64,000 nt of DNA from a virus. The stretch spans positions 32,001 through 96,000 of the IMG/VR virus record IMGVR_UViG_3300037262_000003, one strand, 5' to 3'. The notes beneath the pieces are model-generated. The model made no database searches, was not told the origin of the DNA, and worked only from the letters and a program-made list of their open reading frames with translations. The translations under genes and the position numbers were made by a program. Positions 44,862-54,721 of this stretch are shown piece by piece; the stretch's first letter is position 1; every line of letters begins with the position of its first letter.

Positions 44862-44899
44862 CTTGACAGATGAAGGGATAACCGATACGATCTAATTGG

Positions 44900-45946
44900 T
44901 TAGTTCGTTCGGGCGATGACCACAGCCTGGTCTGTTATGAGGCCGAGACCCCAGATACTATACCAGGCTAGTCCGTGCTCACGGCCGTAGTCAAGGATTC
45001 CCGCATCGCGAAGCTCTACAGGGAGTGAGATGGCGTGACCGAACGCGTTGTCACCGATGAAGATAGCGTCGTAGTACAGCGCTGTGTTTCCACCAGTAAC
45101 GCCCGAGTAAGCATTGCTTACAAGGTCGTTCCAGACCTGAGTCGTCTCGATGAACACGATATCGTTGATACGCCCGATCTCACCGAGCATGAAATTCCCC
45201 GGGGCCGCGTACTTGGTGACTTCGATCCATTCCGGGTCATCACGTAGCTGACGGCTCTGGTGAGGGTGAACGAATCCTACGTACGAATCCCCTAGCCTCG
45301 GGACGTTCTTTGTCGCTAGAGTCTCAGCGACGTCCTTCGTAACCGCAGCGGTCATGGCGTAGTTACCCACGGCCAGACCAGTGTAGGTTGATGCAGAGGT
45401 ACCAGTTGCGCCCGTTGCGGGCACACCGTGGTCGTACGGGCTGAGCGGAGTACGAACAGCGCTAGCAAGAGCTGGCTTGTTGTAACCGAACAGCATGGAA
45501 GTCGCCTGACGCAGTGTGTCACGAGCTGAACCGTCAAGGTACAGCGCCATGTTACGTCCGAGAAGACGAGCAGCGGATGCCATAACGTCATCGAAGGAAG
45601 CGTTCAGAAGAAGCTCGGTAACGGCAACGGCAAAGCCCTGCTCAGCTACTGAGATGTCGAACTGCGAAGCGGTAAGAGCGACCGGCTCCATACGTACGCC
45701 TTCAACAAGCTGTGCCGCAGCAGGCAGGTTGTTGTATCGCATGAAATGGATGGTCAGACCTGGCTGAACACCAAGCTCTGTCTTCTTTACAGCGAATTGT
45801 TCAAAACGAAGCGTGGGCATCGCCATAAACAAAATTTCCTTGCTCCACAGTTCCTGGACGGCTGGTGTGAGCTGGGAGTTGGCACCGCTATACGCAGACG
45901 GGCTACCCGCTAGGAAGCCCGAACCGGTGATTGCTGATCCTGCCAT
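44900..45946 (-). CDS. Major capsid protein, N4-gp56 family
   Basis: WSKEILF.A.P.LRFEQFA, L.EG, FVHPHQ..LRDD, GEIG....FIET, DYGR...AWY..WG. Confidence 0.93.
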   Translation of the reverse strand: MAGSAITGSGFLAGSPSAYSGANSQLTPAVQELWSKEILFMAMPTLRFEQFAVKKTELGVQPGLTIHFMRYNNLPAAAQLVEGVRMEPVALTASQFDISVAEQGFAVAVTELLLNASFDDVMASAARLLGRNMALYLDGSARDTLRQATSMLFGYNKPALASAVRTPLSPYDHGVPATGATGTSASTYTGLAVGNYAMTAAVTKDVAETLATKNVPRLGDSYVGFVHPHQSRQLRDDPEWIEVTKYAAPGNFMLGEIGRINDIVFIETTQVWNDLVSNAYSGVTGGNTALYYDAIFIGDNAFGHAISLPVELRDAGILDYGREHGLAWYSIWGLGLITDQAVVIARTN

Positions 45947-45970
45947 CTACGTTCCTTCTATGTAGGGAGA

Positions 45971-46042
45971 GGCAGCGCCTACAAAGTCTGCCAACACTTC
46001 TGAGTTTACAGCAAGTGTTTGTGTTGTTTTGTAGGCGCTACC
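45971..46042 (-). promoter_or_regulatory. Long stem-loop upstream of the capsid gene, with TAAACT in the apical loop
   Basis: GGTAGCGCCTACAAA/TTTGTAGGCGCTGCC with inner AACACTT/AAGTGTT. Confidence 0.6.
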
Positions 46043-46054
46043 CGTTAGTTACTA

Positions 46055-46810
46055 TTAGTCGAACAGTCCACGGCCTGAGCCAGTAGGCATGTTTACCTTC
46101 TTACGCAGGGCTGCGAACTCCTGCATTGACATCCCACGGATGTCTTCTGCTGAGAGCTGACGGTCGCCCGGCTGGTCCATAATGGTCACTCCGTTGGTTC
46201 CCGATGAGGGAGCCACGCCTGGCATCTGACGCTGCTGGCCCATTCGCGCATTACGCGCCGACTCAGCGATAGCAGCACTCTTCTCCTTAAGGATCTGAAT
46301 GCTGGCCTCTACCTCTTCGGCAGTGTTGCCGTTGATGAAGTCGATAAGCTCAGGAACGATGTTGGAGTTTTCCTCCGCTGCCCGGCGCTGGATGTAAGCC
46401 TCTAGGCGTGCTGCCTCGTTGGCCTTCTCAAGCATCGCCACACGAAGCTCGTTCTCTGCCTGGATCTGCTCAATGCGTGCATTGAAGTCAGCGTCACGCT
46501 TGGCGATAAGATCCTTGGCAGACATCTCTGCCTCTTCCTTGGCACGCTGAGCGTCCTCCACGGCCTTTAGACGAGACTGCTCGTCCTTCTCTGCCTTCTT
46601 ACGGAACGCAGACAGCTCCTTGACTTCTGCCTCCATAGCGGCTGCCCGCTCGTCGGCCTTGCTGATGGTCGGGTAAAGCTTGTCCTTCTCCTGCTGACGG
46701 GCCTTCTCGATCATGGCCTGAACGTCTGCCTCGGTGAAGTACTTAGTCTCGCCCGCTGGCTTAGCAGGAGCGACTGCCGGGTCAGTAACCGGCTCTGCTG
46801 GCATAGTCAT
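46055..46810 (-). CDS. Scaffolding protein
   Basis: Coiled coil, KARQQEKDKLY, I..MSM.EFA..R; between portal and capsid. Confidence 0.85.
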   Translation of the reverse strand: MTMPAEPVTDPAVAPAKPAGETKYFTEADVQAMIEKARQQEKDKLYPTISKADERAAAMEAEVKELSAFRKKAEKDEQSRLKAVEDAQRAKEEAEMSAKDLIAKRDADFNARIEQIQAENELRVAMLEKANEAARLEAYIQRRAAEENSNIVPELIDFINGNTAEEVEASIQILKEKSAAIAESARNARMGQQRQMPGVAPSSGTNGVTIMDQPGDRQLSAEDIRGMSMQEFAALRKKVNMPTGSGRGLFD

Positions 46811-46848
46811 GTTATCCCTTTTCCGAATGAGTTCCACTAATAGAGATT

Positions 46849-48645
46849 CTATCCTATGGAATCCAACCCTGGTGATTCAGGATTGGAAGCCACCTGACGA
46901 CGCTGCGGAAGCTTAGTACCGAATGCCTGCGTTACAAGATCAGCCATGAGGTTAGCCTGTGATCCGTCTACGGCCTGGGCGATGTCACCCATGCCCGGCA
47001 TCGGAGTCAGCGGGGACTGACCCGTTGGACCGACTGTCGGACCCTTGTCTGTGGTCTTCTTGGTAGTCGTTCCCGTAGAAGACTTAGACGTGCTCTCAGT
47101 ATGCTCGCCCGAGTCAACAGGCTGGGCACCGCCGTCTGGCACTACGCCAGTCAGCATGATGATCGCAGCATCGATCTGAGCGTTGAGGATACGCTGGGCA
47201 CCAGCCATCTTGGTGTCATCGATCTGCTCCATGAAGAGTTCCTGTAGCTTCTCATCAGGGAACTGCTCACCAAGCTTGCGCAGAGCGCCAGCCTTAGACT
47301 CAAGGCCGAGCTGTAGCTCAGTCATGATCTCGTTGAGAACGACGAGCTGGTCCTGTGGCAGCGGCGGCGGGAACATGACTTCGATGTTGTAGATAGCTGG
47401 ATCGAGAATGTCGATGTACGGAGGCTGACCCTCACGCATGATGCCGTCAGTGCTCGGATTGTAGACAGCCTGGTCGGGCTCGAAGAACAGCAGAGTCTTC
47501 AATGACATCTGGGAGATCTTACGGAAGCCATTGCCGTACTGAGTCTTCTTAAGACTGTACTTCAGCATTGTAGGAAAGTACTGGATTGCGAGAGCTACGC
47601 CCGAGGTATTAGAGATCTGCTGCTCAGCTCCCATGGCATTCTGGGGCACACCCATTAGCTCATGCATCCAGAGCTTGAGCATCTGCATGAACTCTATGGC
47701 AGGAGCAAGACCATCCGCACCACCAGTAAGGTTCTCTACACGAGCGTCCTTCTGCGGCAGAGCCCAGACCTTGTTGGCACCCATCTCAAGGTTGGCTGCC
47801 TTAGCTCCGGTGATGATGGTGATAGGTGCGACGTGGTAGTTGATGATGTCAAGGATGTCTGTGGCTAGTTCGTTGAACGTACGGTTTAGCGGAATGATGT
47901 CCTGTACGTCTGAAAGACCCCACGGGGATGCAGCCACGGGCTTGTTAGCGATATGCACAATAGGAATGAAGCCAAGCGGGTTCGGACGGCGATCGATGAG
48001 TTCGTCATTAACGTATTCCTCAATGTACTGGTCAGTTAGTATTTCTACGTAGGTGTTAACCATACGTGTGCCCTCCGGGGCAGTACTCCAAAAGCGGTAC
48101 TTGAGCTTGAACCGGATCATGCGATCCTTGTCATGCGGGTGCCACTCGGGATAGCAGAATGAGGGGTTGATCGGTAGGATACGGACGCGGCCCGGCTCTA
48201 TCTCACCTGTCGCCACGTTCTCGTACTCGGGCTCGTATGCGATCTTGACGAAGACGTCACCATAGACAGATCCTAGGTTTCCCATGCCCCATAGGAGATC
48301 GTCCTTGCGGTTGTCCTGATTCCAGATTCTCTCAAGCAATGCAGGAGTGATGTGGGTAAACTCAGGATCGACCTGGAACATCACGCTCTTGCCGAAGGTG
48401 AAGTTAGTCAGATAGTCAGAGAACGCTGCTACGTAATTCGCTGTGATCTGAGGCTCACCAGGAGCACGACGGTAGGCCCAGTGGTGACCTAGATAGAACG
48501 CTGCCGCGTTAGAGTAACGAGTCAGTCTCGGGCCGTGAACTTCAAATTCTTCATCGCTCAGCTCGATAAGGCCGAGTGGGGACACACTGATGGTAAGGTC
48601 AGTGCCCGCTGCCCTCATGGACGGGCTAATGAAATCCAGTGCCAC
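46849..48645 (-). CDS. Portal protein (SPP1 gp6-like)
   Basis: FYLG.HW, NPLG.IPIVH, G.SD, SNTSGVAL; SD AGGAG before GTG. Confidence 0.9.
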   Translation of the reverse strand: MALDFISPSMRAAGTDLTISVSPLGLIELSDEEFEVHGPRLTRYSNAAAFYLGHHWAYRRAPGEPQITANYVAAFSDYLTNFTFGKSVMFQVDPEFTHITPALLERIWNQDNRKDDLLWGMGNLGSVYGDVFVKIAYEPEYENVATGEIEPGRVRILPINPSFCYPEWHPHDKDRMIRFKLKYRFWSTAPEGTRMVNTYVEILTDQYIEEYVNDELIDRRPNPLGFIPIVHIANKPVAASPWGLSDVQDIIPLNRTFNELATDILDIINYHVAPITIITGAKAANLEMGANKVWALPQKDARVENLTGGADGLAPAIEFMQMLKLWMHELMGVPQNAMGAEQQISNTSGVALAIQYFPTMLKYSLKKTQYGNGFRKISQMSLKTLLFFEPDQAVYNPSTDGIMREGQPPYIDILDPAIYNIEVMFPPPLPQDQLVVLNEIMTELQLGLESKAGALRKLGEQFPDEKLQELFMEQIDDTKMAGAQRILNAQIDAAIIMLTGVVPDGGAQPVDSGEHTESTSKSSTGTTTKKTTDKGPTVGPTGQSPLTPMPGMGDIAQAVDGSQANLMADLVTQAFGTKLPQRRQVASNPESPGLDSIG

Positions 48646-48689
48646 AGTATCTCCTAATGATGTCTCAGTTAAGTATAACCGTACCACCC

Positions 48690-48718
48690 TTGACTTCTCG
48701 ACTAGGGTAGGGTAGAGT
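48690..48718 (+). promoter_or_regulatory. Promoter for the inverted membrane-protein gene
   Basis: TTGACT-17-TAGAGT. Confidence 0.7.
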
Positions 48719-48746
48719 CATGACCACAACGAACAAGGAGGAACAT

Positions 48747-49580
48747 TTGGAAGACATAACAGCAGACGAGGACTTCCTTGCCAAGTACGTGACGTGGGCT
48801 CTCTGGGCTCTTGCGATCATCGTCATCCTCGCAACGGTCACGGGCCAGATCGAGTCCTACGACGGGCTGTACATCTGGTTCGCGACACACCACATCACAG
48901 GGATCTGGGCGGACTTCGCACCCCTCGCTGTAGACGGCCTCACGGTAGTAGGAGAGTTGGCTATCTTCGCTGCCATAGCCCGAGCATGGGAGTGGAAGAG
49001 TCGAATCATTCCGTGGCTGTCCGCTGGCCTGGGATTCTTCGCCTCTGTAGCTGCCAACGTCGGTGACAAGGTTCAGTTCCACAGCATTCCCACCGACCTG
49101 ACGGGCGCAGTCTTCCCTATCGTCGGAGCATTCGGAATCGTCATAGGACTAGGTGTCCTCAAGAGGATAGCCAAGGACCATGACGAGAAGAAGGCTAAGG
49201 ACAAGCTCAAGCTAGGTCTTACGCCCGAGCAGATCTCAGCTCAGCTACTCAAGGATAATCAGGAGTTGCAGCGCAAGCTCAACCAGGCCGCACCGGTAGT
49301 GGTGGACATCTCGCCTACGCCCGAAGACGGTCCTGGGTACTGGAACGCTAACCCGCAGATCTCACCTGAGGATCTAAAGGGACGTGTTCACGTCGGTGAG
49401 CCGGTGGAGATCAAGGGACTGGACGTGCTCATCCCCCCAAAGGACCCCACTGTGGTTGCACCTGCTGCCGCGCCCGTAGTCGTGTCTCGGGAAGAAGCCC
49501 GTAGGCGTCAGACTGCCGCCGATCGTGGCCTGCTGACGAACACGGGCCAATGGCAGGCTATTCCGGACGAACTCGCGTAG
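48747..49580 (+). CDS. DUF2637-like multi-pass membrane protein
   Basis: ESY.GL, PLAVDG, SVAANV; four TM segments; SD AAGGAGG before TTG. Confidence 0.7.
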   Translation: MEDITADEDFLAKYVTWALWALAIIVILATVTGQIESYDGLYIWFATHHITGIWADFAPLAVDGLTVVGELAIFAAIARAWEWKSRIIPWLSAGLGFFASVAANVGDKVQFHSIPTDLTGAVFPIVGAFGIVIGLGVLKRIAKDHDEKKAKDKLKLGLTPEQISAQLLKDNQELQRKLNQAAPVVVDISPTPEDGPGYWNANPQISPEDLKGRVHVGEPVEIKGLDVLIPPKDPTVVAPAAAPVVVSREEARRRQTAADRGLLTNTGQWQAIPDELA

Positions 49581-50046
49581 CATTGTAAGACTGATCAGAG
49601 AATCGACGGTTCTGACCGCTAGAGACCAGGCGATCGTATGCAGATACGGAGCCGGGCACTCGGCGGTCAGCTTCGTTTTCGGCGTAGGCTTCGACCTTGC
49701 CACGCTTCTGACGATCAAACATGGCATCCTCGAACTGCACCGGATTGACACGATGCTGGGATGCATGATGGGCTTCGTGGACTAGCAGTCTACGGCCCTG
49801 CAAGGCACGCTGAGGGTCTGGATGCCCGACCATGGTACTAGGTGATCCTTGAAGGTTGATTGACCTGTCAGTGGATCTGTACGCCCCGGCAGTGGGCTGA
49901 TCCTGGTTGAAGCGCCAGTTCTGAATGTGCTGAACGGTCTCAATAGGCACACGATGCGTCAGGAGGGCAGCAGCCAGAGTCTTGTGCTCGAATGGCTGAC
50001 TGACACCGTTGATGGCGTCGGAGTAGTCGTTTACCGTATGTGGCAT
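49558..50046 (-). CDS. Zincin-like HExxH protein
   Basis: AGAY...I.L...LLVHEAHHA.Q...VEAYA. Confidence 0.7.
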   Translation of the reverse strand: MPHTVNDYSDAINGVSQPFEHKTLAAALLTHRVPIETVQHIQNWRFNQDQPTAGAYRSTDRSINLQGSPSTMVGHPDPQRALQGRRLLVHEAHHASQHRVNPVQFEDAMFDRQKRGKVEAYAENEADRRVPGSVSAYDRLVSSGQNRRFSDQSYNATRVRPE

Positions 50047-50049
50047 GAC

Positions 50050-50301
50050 TTACTCCTGAGTGCCGTAAATGAAATTCTTGTATTCCTCAATGGATTCAAA
50101 GTCGCCCTGACCAGCGTCCCTCTGACGCTGACGCTGTACTGCTGTGGTCTTGATCTTGCGATCTACATCTGCCCGACGATATGCAGGTGTCGCACCCATG
50201 ATGTGACGGTTGGCCTCAGTCACGGCTGCCTTGTCTAGGGACACGCCAGAGTCCCCCTCCGCGAACGGAGAGGGACGCCTGTCGTTGTAGAACTTGGCCA
50301 C
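50050..50301 (-). CDS. Hypothetical protein
   Basis: GTG 50301 after AAGGA. Confidence 0.65.
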   Translation of the reverse strand: MAKFYNDRRPSPFAEGDSGVSLDKAAVTEANRHIMGATPAYRRADVDRKIKTTAVQRQRQRDAGQGDFESIEEYKNFIYGTQE

Positions 50302-50311
50302 AGCCTGTTCC

Positions 50312-50722
50312 TTAGTCGAGCACCTGTGCTGCATTGCGACGACGGTAGCCCGAACCGTCACGGTTGACCTGGATGTAGGTCTGCTCTGCCTCAGGTGAAG
50401 ATCCGCCTAGAAAGCCCTGTAGGTACGTCGGGCTCTCAGTCCAAGAAGCTGAACCTGGGTGAACACGCTCACGCATGGTCTCCTCGGCTGGCTTCTCATA
50501 GACGTTCATGTTATGCCCGCGAGGATCAGTTGAGTAACCCTGCTGCATACCAAAGACGAACTGACCAGGGATGTCAGTGTCAGTCGCAAGCCCCTCTTCG
50601 AAACGCATAGGGCCACGGCCACCCGGCATGTCCGGAGCGATCTTGACCTCATAGACAGAAGAGATCTGCTGGGGGGCCTGGATTGCCGGTGCCAGCGGGC
50701 TAGAGTTTACTGCCTCAGCCAT
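50312..50722 (-). CDS. Head-module protein (GP.RFEEG.ATDTD.P)
   Basis: Motif-rich ORF between terminase and portal. Confidence 0.7.
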   Translation of the reverse strand: MAEAVNSSPLAPAIQAPQQISSVYEVKIAPDMPGGRGPMRFEEGLATDTDIPGQFVFGMQQGYSTDPRGHNMNVYEKPAEETMRERVHPGSASWTESPTYLQGFLGGSSPEAEQTYIQVNRDGSGYRRRNAAQVLD

Positions 50723-50747
50723 TGTGTTTCCTTTCGACACTTACAGT

Positions 50748-51212
50748 TTAGCCGTTGCCAGCAATTGTGTATGAGGTAGCCCCGCCCGATGATGCAGTCC
50801 AGACGGACACAGTAGTTCCGTCATCTGCCGTAGTCCCGAGAAGAGACGATCCTAGAGGATAGATTAGACCAGGCTGAGCCGGGCTCGTTGGTGTAGTAGA
50901 TGTCAGTACCTCAGAGTTCGATCCACCACCAGTAGGAATCTTAGGCACGCCAGCAGGAATGACCCTGCTGCTCGGATACCAGAGCTGGCCGCCATTGGCA
51001 ATTGTTGCACTCTCGCCAGGGCCGATGGCCAGGCCGTCAGTTCCGGTCGCTGCTGCACCGTTAGCTGTGGCGTAGATCTCTCCAGATGTGCTGGTGTTCG
51101 TTACCACAACATATCCGAACCGGTCTGCGAAGGTTGTGGCCTCCGCAGTACCCGGAGTGGCGAATGTGCTGGAGTAGACGTAAACACCAGACGGTACGGT
51201 TCCGCCTGCCAT
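50748..51212 (-). CDS. Putative virion protein (T/G/S-rich)
   Basis: ORF with SD AAGGAG; composition. Confidence 0.65.
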   Translation of the reverse strand: MAGGTVPSGVYVYSSTFATPGTAEATTFADRFGYVVVTNTSTSGEIYATANGAAATGTDGLAIGPGESATIANGGQLWYPSSRVIPAGVPKIPTGGGSNSEVLTSTTPTSPAQPGLIYPLGSSLLGTTADDGTTVSVWTASSGGATSYTIAGNG

Positions 51213-51222
51213 TTGTTACTCC

Positions 51223-51750
51223 TTAGTTGGTCGGCGTGTAAACGACGGCGGTAGCGTTGCCACCGACAGTCTTGATCCAGCCGCCCGGAGGTACGCTTAC
51301 CAGGATCGGGTTGGCAGATGCTGTACCAGTGAACACGGTGGTGTAAACCGGAGTGCCAGTCGTGAATGGCGCAACGGCAACCGATGTGACGGCAGCACCA
51401 GTCACGGCAGCGGACGTGTTAACGCCGTAAGGCTGCTGAACACCGGTCGTGGTCGGGAGTGGCAGGGTAGCCGTCGTAGATAGGTTAGTCGTCGGGCTCA
51501 CAGAGTATGAACCGTTGACCAGGATCTGAGAGGTGTAAGAACCTGAGTTCTCGCTGTCGATGTTGCCCGCGCCCGGAGGGTTAGGGAAGCCAGCAGATGT
51601 CTGACCTACGTTGGTGGCAGCAGGGACAACACCAGATACGGCGTAACCCTCACCTGGGATGCCTGTGGTTGCCTGAGCAGAGCCAGTGCCCTGAACTGTC
51701 CAGCCCGGAGACAGGTTCTCGTCCGGAGTCTGCTGTGCAAACTGAGCCAT
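51223..51750 (-). CDS. Putative virion protein (T/G/V-rich)
   Basis: ORF with SD; composition. Confidence 0.65.
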   Translation of the reverse strand: MAQFAQQTPDENLSPGWTVQGTGSAQATTGIPGEGYAVSGVVPAATNVGQTSAGFPNPPGAGNIDSENSGSYTSQILVNGSYSVSPTTNLSTTATLPLPTTTGVQQPYGVNTSAAVTGAAVTSVAVAPFTTGTPVYTTVFTGTASANPILVSVPPGGWIKTVGGNATAVVYTPTN

Positions 51751-51788
51751 GGATATTCCTTAAAGTCGGTTAGTTAAAGGATAGCTTA

Positions 51789-54017
51789 TTAGGGTGTGGC
51801 GTTGAGCTGAGCGGTTCCGTTGCCCGACGCTGAAGCCTGATGTGTAGTCGCAGGACCCTGCCAGTTAGCGGTAGTTCCCGTACCGGTCGTGTTCTGCTGT
51901 GCAGGCTGAGCCCCACCGGCAGAACGGGCAGAGCCCTTAAGCGGACGCTGTGTACCACCAGCACCACCAATGGTTCCGCCAGTCTGACGGTTGGCACCGA
52001 CGTTTCCACTTCCATGAGAAAGCTTCTCGCCGCTACCACCGGTCTGACCAGTGACGTGCTTGATGCCCTTCTGTAGATCGTGGTGGCCCGTCGAGTCGTG
52101 ATACCAGGCGTTGAACTTAGCGCCGCCACCCGATGACTGATGGTCTTCTGGCTCGGGCTGTCCGCCTTCACCTGAGCCACCAGACGGACGAGAGTACCCA
52201 CGTCCGCCAGCATGATCCACATTACCCTGAGATCCGCCCACGTGACCATAGTTCACGTTGTTGGTGTTGTGGTTGATCACCACAGAACCGTAGTTATGCC
52301 CTCCAATGCCTACAGAGTGGTCACTAGTGTTCATACCACCACGCCCGCCGCCTACCTCAGGACTGCGAGGAGCGGCACCGCTACGACCACCCCCAGTTGG
52401 GGCAGGAGGTGTAGCAACGGCACCACGATCAGGTACATCCGGTGCAGCAGGAGCAGGAGCGGGAGCTGACGGACGGTTACCCAGTGTCGGAGCTGCTGGA
52501 GTAGCCGTAGGAGCCGGGCTTCCACCACCGAGCTTGGCAGGCGCAGAAGGTGCGGGCGCTGGTGCAGTGACCTTGTTCATCTGTGAAGACATTGGAGTGC
52601 GCTGTGGCTCAGGCGCTAGACGCATAGGCGGTGCAGCCGCTGGTGCTGGAGCAGAACCCACATTTGACTTAGGAGCAGGGGCAGCAGACGGAGGTGGCGT
52701 TGGCGGCAGTGTAGCTGGGGATGTCTTGGCCGCTGGTGCAGGCTGTGGTGACAGAGATGGTGTCTCTGTGACTACCTCCGGGGCAGACTTTGCTGTCTTT
52801 GCACCCGTGCGCTTTGCCTTGGCAGCGTCACGCCCGGCCCAGTAGGTGTCGTTGCTGCCACCGCCAGCGATATGCGATTCGTATCCTGCGCGCATCTTAG
52901 AGGCAGGAGCCTTGGGGTTATCGATGGCGCGGGTGACCTCGCCAACCTTAGGCTTGGCAATTCCCACACTACCGTGGTTCATGGGAGCAGCAGCCTGGGC
53001 CTCTGGGCTAGCAGGGAAACGCCCGCCAGCAGGGGTAGGAGCTACAGGAGAGGGATTAGCAGCCGCCGATGGGGTCGGATGATCAACTGCTGTCTTAGCT
53101 GTCTGGTGACCGGCTGAGTCAGCCATGCGAACCGGAGGCTGTGCTGACGGCTTGTCAGAAATCTTGCTAGACGGGCCGCCCTCGGGCGTGACCATGGCGG
53201 CGAAGCCCTCAGCGTGACGACGGCTGGAGTACAGACCGGTCTCCTTCTGCGGGAACTGACGCCCCATGACAGGGGTGGCTGTAGGAGCCGCTGAGGCAGC
53301 GCTACGCGGGCTAGAAGCTCTTGCAGCAGCCTTAGCCTCGGCAGCCTTGCCACCTCCCTTAGAGCCTCTTGCAGCGGCTGCACGGGCCTGGTCTCGTTCT
53401 GCCCGAGATCCGCCAGCGGTTCGACCGGCGACAGCGGAAGCCCCGTTGTCCTGCGTACGCGGGGCAGCCATGTTGTTGCGAGCAGCAGTGCCAGCGTCTA
53501 CGGCCTGTGGCTTCAAGGTGCCAGAGGTAGATGTGCTCGGAGCAGGACTCTTAGACTGCGCAGATGCCACAGATTCGGGTGTCTGCTTGTCTGACGTACG
53601 AGACAGACCGGCCTTAGACATTGCCTCGGCCATGGATGACTGCGGTGCAGAGCCAGGAGTGGACGTTGAGTGGGCTGCGCCCGATGGCTTAGATCCCCTT
53701 GCAGCCGCCTGCTGTTCTTCGGGAGACATCTTAGACCAAGCCTTGTCGGAGTCGGCGGCCTTCATCGCTGCCGGGTCAAGCTTCTTAACGCCACCGGCTA
53801 GCGCCTTGTGGGTGGACGCCACAGTCTCCTCATCTTCGGCTGCTGTGTCAATGTTGATAGCGTTCTTAGCAGGCTTACGTGACACACGTCCTACCTGCTG
53901 CGCCACCTTAGCCTTCTGGGCTTCGAAGCCAGCCTCAGGAGATGGCGCTCCTGCGTCTTCTGACTTGCGACGGGCACGGTAAGCCTCAAGGCTTTCGCCC
54001 GGATACGGTGCAGACAT
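51789..54017 (-). CDS. 742-aa Pro/Ala/Gly-rich, probably disordered protein
   Basis: ORF track; SD AGGAG. Confidence 0.75.
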   Translation of the reverse strand: MSAPYPGESLEAYRARRKSEDAGAPSPEAGFEAQKAKVAQQVGRVSRKPAKNAINIDTAAEDEETVASTHKALAGGVKKLDPAAMKAADSDKAWSKMSPEEQQAAARGSKPSGAAHSTSTPGSAPQSSMAEAMSKAGLSRTSDKQTPESVASAQSKSPAPSTSTSGTLKPQAVDAGTAARNNMAAPRTQDNGASAVAGRTAGGSRAERDQARAAAARGSKGGGKAAEAKAAARASSPRSAASAAPTATPVMGRQFPQKETGLYSSRRHAEGFAAMVTPEGGPSSKISDKPSAQPPVRMADSAGHQTAKTAVDHPTPSAAANPSPVAPTPAGGRFPASPEAQAAAPMNHGSVGIAKPKVGEVTRAIDNPKAPASKMRAGYESHIAGGGSNDTYWAGRDAAKAKRTGAKTAKSAPEVVTETPSLSPQPAPAAKTSPATLPPTPPPSAAPAPKSNVGSAPAPAAAPPMRLAPEPQRTPMSSQMNKVTAPAPAPSAPAKLGGGSPAPTATPAAPTLGNRPSAPAPAPAAPDVPDRGAVATPPAPTGGGRSGAAPRSPEVGGGRGGMNTSDHSVGIGGHNYGSVVINHNTNNVNYGHVGGSQGNVDHAGGRGYSRPSGGSGEGGQPEPEDHQSSGGGAKFNAWYHDSTGHHDLQKGIKHVTGQTGGSGEKLSHGSGNVGANRQTGGTIGGAGGTQRPLKGSARSAGGAQPAQQNTTGTGTTANWQGPATTHQASASGNGTAQLNATP

Positions 54018-54674
54018 TTAGACTCCTGAGTATGGACCTAGAGTGTTATACAGATCATCTTCCGGGGTCCACACATTACCATCTGGGAAGACCGGATCGT
54101 ACTTATACTCTTCAATGGTACCGGGCACAATGAGTGAGTTGATGTCAACTGTCTCGTTGGCGTCGGTCGATGGGACCTGAATGTGGAATGTTCTTCCGCC
54201 CATCCAGTGTTCTGTGACGAAGTAGAAGAAGGCATTGCCCGAATCTGTGGTGATTGTCGAGCTTGATGCAGTCTGATCGGTGGCGAAGAGGAAGATATTG
54301 AGCTGCCCGAGACGTGTGTACAGACGCTCTGATCCCCAGTTGTTGTACGCGAACGCAATGGGATTGTTCATGGTTCCCGTGTAACGGCGCGGCAGACGGA
54401 AGGTGTTGCCGTTGTCTACGACTGTGATGTTGTCAGACATCATGACTGTGACGTACCCGGCCAGAGGGGAACTGTTCGTGTCGAAGTAATTCCCGGTGAC
54501 ATTCACGAATGCAAGATTGGTAGGAAAGCCAGGACCAGTAGTCAGAGTGTCGCCCGCGAGGATGGTGATCTTGTCCTGCGCCGTCCAGCCCGGAATCCAC
54601 CAGGGAGCGCGCAGAGGATCATCGGCGTTGTACGTCCCGTTGTAGGCCATGGCGTAGCTGTTTGGCGTAGTCAA
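54018..54674 (-). CDS. Putative virion protein (V.VTG.Y.D....P.GYV)
   Basis: TTG start after GGGAG; N-terminus resembles tail-protein modules. Confidence 0.6.
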   Translation of the reverse strand: MTTPNSYAMAYNGTYNADDPLRAPWWIPGWTAQDKITILAGDTLTTGPGFPTNLAFVNVTGNYFDTNSSPLAGYVTVMMSDNITVVDNGNTFRLPRRYTGTMNNPIAFAYNNWGSERLYTRLGQLNIFLFATDQTASSSTITTDSGNAFFYFVTEHWMGGRTFHIQVPSTDANETVDINSLIVPGTIEEYKYDPVFPDGNVWTPEDDLYNTLGPYSGV

Positions 54675-54721
54675 GATGACTCCCTTCTCCCCATAATAGT
54701 ACCTTGACTTCGGGCTGAGCC

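Noticed and set aside
44872-44886. GAAGGGATAACCGAT also present on the - strand near 33053-33067
   Set aside because: A single 15-mer match is expected by chance in 64 kb
53266-53982. Antisense and alternative-frame ORFs over the Pro/Ala-rich gene (also 51770..52249, 52306..52845)
   Set aside because: Low-complexity shadows without SD or motifs
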